Part shown: positions 1 to 9,864 of the stretch, one piece after another
Numbering within the stretch: position 1 is the first letter of the stretch
Layout of the letters: every line of letters starts with the position of its first letter
Assembly (NCBI RefSeq): GCF_006345805.1
Contig: NC_043014.1
Location: 14,880,001-14,944,000, forward strand
Direction of reading: 5' to 3'
DNA: 64,000 nt
Source: Octopus sinensis
Taxonomy: Eukaryota
Notes under the pieces: model-generated
The model's database searches: none
Seen by the model: the letters and a program-made list of their open reading frames with translations, nothing else
Told to the model about the DNA's origin: nothing
Position numbers and translations under genes: made by a program

Positions 1-135
1 CCGAGGCATTTACCTTCATCACATCTACATGTGAATTTGAAACCAGGGAATATGGTTTAATGCTTCCTGTTTATTTTAAATGGGTTATTCAATTACATCT
101 GCAGCACAAAAGCGTCACTGCTCTATCACGCAAAT

Positions 136-137
136 GT

Positions 138-228
<91 letters not shown>

Positions 229-233
229 ACTAA

Positions 234-295
<62 letters not shown>

Positions 296-305
296 GTCTA
301 ACTAA

Positions 306-394
<89 letters not shown>

Positions 395-395
395 A

Positions 396-428
<33 letters not shown>
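136..428. repeat. (TCTA)n/(TCTG)n compound microsatellite
   Basis: Direct reading. Confidence 0.95.
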
Positions 429-429
<1 letters not shown>

Positions 430-881
430 AAATGTATATTATACATATGGAAGTGTGTGTGAGTATGGGTGCGTATATAATATGGATATATATGGCGCAT
501 GGCTCAGTGGTTTGAACGTCGTGCTCACAATGATGAAGTACTGAGTTCGATTCCCGGACCGGGCTCTGTGTTGCTCCACTTCACTCAGCTGTTGAAATGA
601 GTTGTGACGTCACTCGTGCCAAGCTGCATCGGCCTCTGTCTTTCCCTTGGATAACATCGGTGGCGTAAAGAGAGGAGGCTGGTATGCATGGCCGGCTACT
701 GATCTTCCTTAAACAACGTTGCCCGGACTTGTACCTCAGAGTGGAACTTTGTAGGTGTAATCCCGTGGTCATTCATGACCGAAGGGAGTTTATTATATAT
801 ATAATATATATATAAGGAGGTGCTATTAAGTTAGACATGGCCTGGACCAATCATTGGTCGAAACACATATAAGTTTATCTA

Positions 882-916
<35 letters not shown>

Positions 917-951
917 GAAAGAATGGAGTCGAACGACGATTTAATAAAATT

Positions 952-1046
952 CCTTTATTCTCGACATATGTTTCGAAGACTGCATATTCTTAATTCCGAA
1001 GGAATAAAGGGTGCATTATGCCGCCTTCTCATCAGGAAAGACAAGG
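952..1046 (-). ncRNA. Type I hammerhead ribozyme, intact core, GUC site
   Basis: Minus strand: CUGAUGA (1035-1029), stem II GAAGGC/GUCUUC, GAAA (974-971), palindromic stem III ACAUAUGU, C17 at 963, stem I UUUC/GAGA plus CCUU/AAGG. Confidence 0.8.
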
Positions 1047-1617
1047 AACTTATGTCAGCATCATGACGAACAAAAACTTTTAGATGACTGCCCACACGGA
1101 GTCCATAGTGATAATGAGTGTTTCTTTAAAATATTCCGTTATAAGCAGTGACGTCAAAATTGGTTGGATGGAGAAGATTCTAAAAAGTTCAAGAGTTCAA
1201 AAATGGTTGCAAGGGGAAAGATCTAAGAATAGGAAGGTGACAGAGTGCAAGTCGTATGTATGGGGATGCGTTGTTGTTTGCTTTTGCTAATGAGATTGAG
1301 TGCCTATGTGTGTGTATGTATATAACTGCATTCGTGTCTATGTGTGTGTATGTGTGTGCGTGATTGTGTGTGTGGGGGGGATAAATGCCAAATACATCTA
1401 GTGGTGGAGTGACAGGTTTGTGTCTGTGTGTTTGATTGTGCTTATGATAGAGAGTGGGAGAGTGAGAGGGGGAGAGGTAGAGAGACAAAGGTAAAACATA
1501 CCCCAACTTATTTGGTAGTAGCCCTTCATGTAACGGAGTATAAAAAAATTTGTCTATGGTGGTGTTGTAGAAGTGGAACCAAATTATTAAATTCAAGGAG
1601 GTTATCTATATTAATCA

Positions 1618-2903
1618 TCATTCATATAAGTGGAAGGTGTGTTTCTGCCAGTGCATGCACCTATAGGATTTCTCTACCATTGTGTTTACCAAAGGGATTT
1701 TGGCAAAAGTATATAGAAAAGCTCGGAATTACAGACGCCACAATATTTTCTGCCCTTATCAAAAGGAAAGGATACAGACAATATGGACCATTCCAGCTTG
1801 AAAGTTATATTGCTGTCCTTAAGACGCCAAACTAATTTACTTGGTCCTATACTTTGTTGTTTTCTCTTATCTCGGAAAGTTGAATAATGATTGGAAATCC
1901 TCTGGGATAATTTAGAAGTAGTCGCCCCAATATAGAAGAAGACACCGGTACCGGAAGAAATTTTACACTGGTAAATGGAATTTCTAATTTTGGAATTACT
2001 GGACAAGAACTTTAATCTGTTAGGGTTTAATCCGAGACTAAGACGGAGTTTTTATTGTTATGATTGCTGTTAATATTATTGCTAGCACTGACCATTATAC
2101 TATTTCTATTATTGTTATTATTATTAATTGTACTATCGCCGGCAATATCCCTGACTATAGAAATGCTGCCGTTGTTATCATCAATACTACCACTGTTATT
2201 AGAAATGCTGTCGTTGTTACCACTAACACTACCACTGTTAATAATCCGACTAATATTATTATTAATATTACCATTGTTAATGCCAACGCTGTTATGAATG
2301 TTGCTATTATCAATACTATTTCTATTATTATTATTGTATGTTTGGTTGGAATTGGTAAGAATATTGCGATAGATTTCTAGTGTTAGAGAATGCAATCCTT
2401 ACCTTATGCGAATTGATAGTAGAGTAATACCTAGAATTCCTGCGAAAGTTCCTAGCTACGGCTTCACGGAACTGCAAAGGAAGGTTTGACTTGATTTGTT
2501 TTCCGAAAGGTATGACAAACCAGATATAGTTTTTTGTGGACTTAGAATTGTTCAAAGTGTTACCAGTTACATTAAAGGGAATATTTCTGTGCTGGAAAAT
2601 TGGGGTTGGTTGCCGATTGCATCCCCTGGTCCGTAAATTATTTTTCTTAAGTATAGTGGTGCCGACGTTGTTAGAGCTGAAATCATTATTCTCACTATTT
2701 CTATTGTTATTAGTTTTCTTATCCTGAGAAGCATATATTGGTTTAGAATGGGCCGGGTCGTTATATGATACTTTATCTCTATAACCGGCTTTTGACAAGG
2801 CGGCGTTATAAAATTCCGCTTTCTGGTTAAAGATGTCACACACATATATATATGATGTTCGTCTCTCTGACCTCGTGTTAATATTTGGCGTGCAGTTCGA
2901 CAA
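1618..2903 (-). mobile_element. 5'-truncated, frameshifted Penelope-like retroelement relic (RT thumb/linker plus GIY-YIG endonuclease)
   Basis: ORF 2903-2331 reads IFNQKAEFYNAALSKAGY...YIWFVIPFGKQIKSNL...KVRIAFSN. ORF 2006-1686 reads SIYQCKI..FYIGAT...QRISNH..F...KLVWRLKD...WSIL...CGVCNSE, and a shifted frame continues LVNTMVEKSYRCMHWQKH to a stop at 1618. This is the PLE motif order. Confidence 0.85.
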
Positions 2904-2922
2904 ATTATATTTTTTATGACGT

Positions 2923-2998
2923 ACTCCACTGATGATCCGAGGATATTTATGTAAGTAAAATTACATAATTTATTAACGGTAAAACAATTGTATGGGGT
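2923..2998 (+). ncRNA. Degenerate type I hammerhead (G12A)
   Basis: ACUCCA/UGGGGU stem I, CUGAUGA at 2929-2935, UCCG/CGGU stem II, AAAA in place of GAAA, palindromic ACAAUUGU, GUA site. Confidence 0.65.
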
Positions 2999-3363
2999 TA
3001 ATCTATATTTTCGTTATTTTTCATTTGTCCTGCTCAATTACGTTTTTGGTGTGTTCAATTATTTCTTGAGAACAATTCTTAGTGGTTGAGTCCCTTTCGG
3101 ATCTATATCTAGCGTAAGAGCGTCCATATAGTGGATTCTCTCTCATAGTTGTGTATATATATATATATACATATACATATATAAAGTCTTAGTTATATTA
3201 GAGGGTACACAAAGCACCAGCTTGCTAGAGTGTGGAAGTGAAAACCCTCAACTTAACCACTAATCTCCCTGAAAATATGTAACAGACCAGCGGAAATCGG
3301 TCAAACGAGTGGAATTTAACATATTATCTCAGGTAAAAGACCGTAGAATAAGGTAACAGATAT

Positions 3364-3416
3364 ACCTGGATCATGATTTCAAATTCTGGTTAGAGCCTCA
3401 ATTTTCCTCAGCAGAT
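3364..3416 (-). ncRNA. Type I hammerhead ribozyme, intact core, AUC site
   Basis: CUGAGGA (3411-3405), stem II AAAUU/AAUUU, GAAA, palindromic AUCAUGAU, C17 at 3369, stem I AUCUG/CAGGU. Confidence 0.7.
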
Positions 3417-3929
3417 CTTGCTCTACCTAAAATGAAATAACCCCATCCTGCTTCGTAATAATCCGCTACATCTTGAATAGTACCCTCTAATATATTTAAG
3501 AATCTATTTCGTTTTGGGATTTTGTTTGCAAGATTCTTTATGTGATTTCGTGTATTGAATAAAATTTTTGTTGTGTCTGGGGAGTGTCATTCTCTTTTAG
3601 TGAGTTATTATCTAACACACTCACAGGCAAAGTTTCCATACATTTACTTATTTACTTTTCCTAAGATTTTCGTTGCATCTTGCAACTTTTTCAATAGTCG
3701 TGACTCTGTCTGTTATCCGAGCTGCGTTCTTTTTTTTTGTGTGCGCATGTGTGTGAGTCAATGTGTGTACGCCTACACATGTATAATGCTAATATGGCTT
3801 CCTGCCACTAATGTTATCGTTATTATTATTATCAATTATTTAGATTTTTCTAAAATTGAATTATAAATAAAGTGATGCACACACACATACTTGTACACGA
3901 TAAATAAAATTAATAATAATAATAATAAC

Positions 3930-4305
3930 AAGAAGAACAAGAGCACTCAGAGAGCGCAAACCTCCGCCAAGGCAACATCAGCGTCCTCTCATCGATTAGC
4001 CAGAGGTGATTTTTGAAATGAGAATATCTGAAATAAACTCGACTGCTCTCATGAATGAGAATACTAAAAATCAATTCGTCTGCTCTCAAAAATTAAGTAA
4101 AAAAAAAAAAACGCGGAAAAATAATCCACAATCCTTGTACAGTAGCGGATCGATCCCAAGATTTAATCAGTTCGTGCCAGTCACGAGGCCAAACATCCCT
4201 GAAAGTTTCATCCGAATCCATCCAGCAGTTCTTGAGATATCTTGTCCACGGACAGACAAACGACTGAAAACATTACCTCCGCTTTAGCGAAGGCAGATGT
4301 AATAA
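3930..4305 (+). mobile_element. Putative Helentron-associated (DINE/HINE-like) non-autonomous element
   Basis: AACAAGAG start, subterminal CCTCCGCC motif, short GACA repeat and a 3' hairpin CCTCCGC-TTTA-GCGAAGG. Confidence 0.35.
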
Positions 4306-4375
4306 TAACACCTTTACGAGTATTTATTTTGAATATTTACTCATTCTTATATATATATATGTACATACATACACA

Positions 4376-4578
4376 CGAGGTGGTGCTGAAAAGTTCCTGG
4401 CTTTACGGGTCTGGTTGGAGGTCCATCTTCCGAGTCCCTTTACAGGGCTAAGGACTGCTGCCACAATTGTGAGAATTTGAAGTGGGGATATGTTGAATAA
4501 AACCATAATTAACTGATCTTCCTTGAATTTCCTTTTACCAAAAGCCAGGAACGTGTGGTATTTGCTATGTACCACTCG
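4376..4578. mobile_element. Degenerate mariner-type MITE
   Basis: Left end CGAGGTGGTGCTGAAAAGTTCCTGGCTTT and a partial right end AAAGCCAGGAAC...ACCACTCG. Confidence 0.45.
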
Positions 4579-4837
4579 CTAAACTCCTCTCTACGATCCG
4601 GATTATCTGCATTGAGAGCATGGACTATTCTTGGAATGTAACTTTTCCGATAACTGAGTTTTGTGTAAATCTAGCTATAGTTTTTTAAGTCTGTTATTCT
4701 TGCTATGCAGTGGGACAGAACCCGGAACCATGTGGTTGGAAAGCAAGTTTCTTACCACACAGCCACGTAAAGATTCTGTAAATATCAAATTGATACAAAT
4801 TTATGTATAAACTGCTACCATGTCTGGCAACGAGTGT

Positions 4838-4885
4838 TCACCACCGAAGAGATCCAACACGGATTGAAACCACGTGGTCTGGTGA
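4838..4885 (+). ncRNA. Type I hammerhead with U4C core variant, GUC site
   Basis: UCACCA/UGGUGA perfect stem I, CCGAAGA at 4844-4850, GAUCC/GGAUU stem II, GAAA, perfect palindrome ACCACGUGGU, C17 at 4879. Confidence 0.75.
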
Positions 4886-5285
4886 TCTTGAAGCCAGGGT
4901 GGCAGGGGTTATCTCCCGCTTGCAATGAATATCGGGCACGAGAAGCGCACTGAGTAAACCAGTGGAAGAGATGTCTTCTTGGGATTAAATTGTAGTGCCG
5001 TCGTCTCTTAGAGGACAACCATATTAAAGTGGCTATAAGCAATATCTTACACACACACACACCACACACACACACACACACACACGCACACACGCACACG
5101 TGTATTTGCATGTATATATATATATATAAACAAACGTATGCTACATACATATATATACATAAACACATATATATATACACATAAACACACGCACACACAT
5201 ATATGCGTGTGTTTGTGTGTATTTATCTATCAATTTGAATATATATTTAACAAACCCGGAAGTTGAAAAGCTTATTGGTATTATT

Positions 5286-5391
5286 TATTCACCCATTACA
5301 CGTGTTTCATTTACTAATAGGAAGCTTTAAAAGGGAGATAAACATGTAAGGAATTTCCTATCAGAAATTCTTCAGACAGAAGAACTGAATA
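5286..5391 (-). ncRNA. Type I hammerhead ribozyme, intact core, GUA site
   Basis: CUGAAGA (5375-5369), 14-bp stem II with one bulge, GAAA (5308-5305), palindromic ACACGUGU, A17 at 5297, bipartite stem I ending UAUUCA/UGAAUA. Confidence 0.75.
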
Positions 5392-5600
5392 ATATTTAAT
5401 TATTTATTTATTTTATTTATTATAGTTAATATTCTTTTCTTTTAAATGAAAGATGTGTAATTTTTCAACTTCTTGCTTATATATATATAATGCTAAAAAA
5501 AACCACCATAAACTCATGATAAAGATACACATGAGCAATGCAATGAGCATATGAGAAATAGGCCTACCTTTGCGTTGAATACGTCAGTAAGTAATGCATA

Positions 5601-5662
5601 TTTCAATATCAATTGCTTTCACGCTTAGCATGACAAACAAACTTTGCGATCTTCAGTTGAAA
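5601..5662 (-). ncRNA. Type I hammerhead, core intact but stems II and III each carry a mismatch
   Basis: UUUCAA/UUGAAA stem I, CUGAAGA (5656-5650), UCGC/GCGU stem II, GAAA, near-palindrome AGCAAUUGAU, A17 at 5607. Confidence 0.6.
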
Positions 5663-5849
5663 ATAACTGTAACATCACTTTCTAAAATATTCACTACATT
5701 AGCTCGTGTGCTTTCCTTACTTTAAATGTCCCGCTTTGTTTAAAAGAAAACTATCGTGAGCAAGATAAAATTTAGGTAAAGAAGTATTACTGTTATCAAT
5801 AGTATTAATGAGGTGGCTAGCAAATGCACACCGTTACAGGCACAATATA

Positions 5850-6071
5850 AGGTAAATTTAGATTTAATAGAGTATATAATACCATTTGCTAAAATCAGAG
5901 TCAATGTTCCAAAAACCACCATAAACTCACGATATGATACACACGAGCAATGCAATGAACATATGAGAAATAGGCTTACTTTATCTTTATCGTGAGTTTA
6001 TGGTGGTTTTTTAGAGCATTGGGTCTGATCTTAGCAAGTGGTATTATATATCCTACTGAATCTAAATTTAC

Positions 6072-6073
<2 letters not shown>
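5850..6073. repeat. Imperfect ~88-bp inverted repeat with a direct partial copy upstream
   Basis: 5850-5937 is the reverse complement of 5984-6073, and 5911-5980 is repeated directly at ~5496-5570. Confidence 0.75.
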
Positions 6074-6113
<40 letters not shown>

Positions 6114-6146
6114 CGTTCAAGTAATACAGTAGTTCAGCTGAGCCCG

Positions 6147-6540
6147 GTTGTGGCTGTGTGGTAAGAAGCTTCCCAACCATGTCCCACTGCGTGGAACCTT
6201 GGGCAAGTGTCTTCTACTATAGCCTCGGGCCGACCAAAGCTTTGTGAGTGAGTTTGGTAGATGGAAACTGAAAGAATCCCGTCATCTGTATGCGTGTCTG
6301 TGTGTGTGTGTATGTGTGTGTGTGCCTTTGTGTTTGTGTTTGACAAGCGGTGTTTAACAACCGCTTGACAACTGGTGTTGGTGGGTTTGTGCCCTTTTAA
6401 CTCAGCGGTTCGGCAAAATAGAGCGATAAAACAAGTACCACTTCCTAAGAAAAGAAGTACTGAGATCGATTCATTCGACTAAAAATTGAAGGTGGTGCCC
6501 CAGCATGGCCGCACTCTAGTGACTGAAACAAGCAAAAGAT
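6147..6540 (+). mobile_element. SINE family C (GTGGCTGTGTGGTAAGAAGCTT...; internal GT microsatellite; ...CAGCATGGCCGCAGTC..TGACTGAAACAAG)
   Basis: Many copies on both strands: ~8871, 10770-11140, 11325-11665, 16066-16450, 23912-24290, 30785-31197, 52097-52500 and 59445-59823. Confidence 0.8.
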
Positions 6541-6591
6541 AACGGATGTCTGTATGTGTGTGTGTATGTGTGTGTATGTGTGTGTGTGTGT

Positions 6592-6636
<45 letters not shown>

Positions 6637-7160
6637 TATCGTTCAAGTCACAGTGTAGTTCGGTCGAGCCCTTTCAGTAAGCTTTTCACGCAAATACATT
6701 CCCAGGGCATTTGTCGAATACGTATACTCGCGCACACATATTTATTACACAAAGAAGAGATATTAAATAAACTTTTACGCTACCATATGCTTGCCAGTGT
6801 AAATGTTTTGTACTTACATATGCATGTATAGAAGAATGCAGGCGCACATATATGTAAATTTATACATCTGAGCTTTCGTTTGCGCAAATTTATGAGTGGA
6901 TGCATATTTCCGGTGCGTTAATTCAAGTGTGTTTGCACTTCTGTGATATGTAAATCAATGAGAGATTCATCTATCGACAGATTTTATCCATTATTAAGAG
7001 ATACCAGTACAAAAGAGCTTCTCATTATTAGTTTTGCTGCCTGCCATGCTGCAAGATGTGACGTCGAAAGCAGATTGTGTTTCGCTGACCCCAAATATTT
7101 TTTCCATTAAAGCTATGAAGCTAAATATCTTTAAGAATTAACTGCTGGTGGTGGCGGGGC

Positions 7161-7222
<62 letters not shown>

Positions 7223-7227
7223 TATAT

Positions 7228-7302
<75 letters not shown>

Positions 7303-7839
7303 TTGTACAGTTAGTGTACGTCTAGAACGGCGCCATTTGCAATTGACAGAGATGTTTGTGAGACATCTCGCTGAATGCAGTTTGAGTTTCTCGTTGAAGC
7401 AAGCATAATACGACCCATTGAAGGAATATTATTTGATCAGGGTTTGTTGTCTGTTTGTGCGTGGTTTTATACGTGTGTCTTTCTATGTTTTTATGTGTAT
7501 ATTTTGTACGTAATTTCTGCTTTTGTTTTGCTTCATGTTTTTTCTCTTTCTTACTCATCGTACTTTAAAGACAAACGGAAATTGCCAAATACATTGGCAA
7601 TCACATAGATAAATTATAATAACATAGCTACAATACTAGATAGATAAGCAAAATACAAAAAGACAGACATTCACACACACACGCGCATGTACATACATAG
7701 ATTCATACATACCTGCATACATACACGCGTACATAGATATATACATATCTACATGTGTATGCATGTGTGTGTGATGTGTGTGTGTGTATATGTGTGTGTG
7801 TGTGCATGTGTCTGTATGTATAGAGAGAGGTAAAGAGAG

Positions 7840-7893
7840 TTAGATAGACAGATAGATAGACAGACAGACAGAAAGATAGGCAGATAGATAGAC

Positions 7894-7926
<33 letters not shown>

Positions 7927-7941
7927 TACAGAAAGATAGGC

Positions 7942-8008
<67 letters not shown>

Positions 8009-8068
8009 AAGGCAGACAGAGAGACAGACAGGCAGACAGGCAGGCAGGCAGACAGACAGGAAGGAAGG

Positions 8069-8099
<31 letters not shown>

Positions 8100-8103
8100 C
8101 TAG

Positions 8104-8134
<31 letters not shown>

Positions 8135-8150
8135 GATAGATGATAGTCAG
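7840..8150. repeat. (GATA)n/(GACA)n compound microsatellite
   Basis: Direct reading. Confidence 0.95.
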
Positions 8151-9047
8151 ACAGACAGAGAGACAGTCATGCAGACAACCAGGCAAACAGACAGACAGAA
8201 AACGGGTAGGGTAATATAACTACAGGTAGAAAGATAAACAGAATGAAGCATAGATGTATAGACGGGAAGAGACTGGATGAAGGTGTAAGATAATGAAAAT
8301 ACCCAATTCTGCAAAATTGGCGAATTAGTGTGATAAAAGAGAGAATTAGATGAATTTACAGATCTTTACGTTGTGTTTAAGGAAGGGTTAACGTTTTGGA
8401 TTAAGTTTGGGCTATAATCTACATTCTGTTAGCTGAGTTAAACTGAAGCAGCGCTGGAGATTTCCGTTAAATTAAATCTGCATTTTGTGAGTAGCTTTAA
8501 CGATGAAGTCGGAATTATTTTAAGTGAAGACATAAAGTTGTTGTTTCTGTTATTGAAGCCTAGGTCAGTTTCTATCCACCTGACGATCAAAGGTTTACCA
8601 GCATGGGCATCACGTTTTACTGTAATTTTATTTTTATTTTTGTGCTTTTCTTAAGATATAGTGTATGTAGGTCTACATAATTTAATATATCCTTTCTTTT
8701 TTTAAAGACGATAAGGCGATATTTGAGGGAGATTTGACTATTATTTCTAGCAAGTCGACTAACAACGTTAAGTTTCTTTTGGTTCTGTAGAGTAATCGTT
8801 AATGTGGTTAGTCATCCAAAGGAACCACACATCTCGTTTTGCTAGGAGAAGGCAAATGTTGGACTTTATAGGCGTAGGCGTGGCTGTGTGGTAAGAAGCT
8901 TGCTTTCCTAACCACATGATTTCGGTGTCAGTCCCACTGCATGCATGGCACCTTCGGCTTATACTATAGCTTCGGGCCGACCTAAGCCTTGTGAGTGGAT
9001 TTAGTGGAAGAAAACTTGGAGTAGCCTGTCGTATATACTTTTCCAAG

Positions 9048-9173
<126 letters not shown>

Positions 9174-9639
9174 ATACATACATATATATATATATACATA
9201 CATATATACATATATATATATACACACATACACACACATATATATCCCAAAAAAATGGAATAAGAACGTAAGGGACGACAATAAAAACATACGAACAGAT
9301 AGACGATACAAAGACAGACAGGAAAAAAACAAGGACGGATCATTCGTGGCTTTCTATTCATCAGTTATGTTTCCAATTATCATTACAGTTTCGGCCTGTT
9401 ACACTTGAGACTGTTCGAAATTGGTTGGCCCCAAAAATCTAAGCAAAGAGCATTAAATTTTTGGAAGAAAGCAAGCGAATGTGTACATTACAGACAGAAA
9501 AGCGGGAAAACGGAGAAAATGTTACACGATTATAAATACAAACAATAAGAGAATAACAACAGGTGTCTTTCGACTAATAAGGACAAACCAAGTTGATAAT
9601 AAAGACAAACCTTCGCCATGATAGATCGCTAGCCAGTAC

Positions 9640-9790
9640 ACATTCTTTATTTTCTCGCCTTGTTTCTTTCTGTGTTCCTTTCTGTGGAAGAGCGTAGGCT
9701 CGAAACGTTAAAGACTTTTTCACTTCCCGAGCGTTATACTAATACATCTGTTTGTTGTCTACTCCACCTATCTTCGTCTTTTGTTTTTTT
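9640..9790 (+). repeat. Dispersed ~140-bp repeat with a minimal hammerhead-like motif (copies at 43000-43140 and 61720-61850 on the minus strand)
   Basis: Shared CTTT-CTGTGGA-A-GAGC-GTAG-GCTC-GAAACGT(T/A)-AAAG and downstream GAGCG.TATACTAATACAT. Confidence 0.7.
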
Positions 9791-9810
9791 TTGGGGGGGG
9801 GGGGAATTCT

Positions 9811-9864
<54 letters not shown>

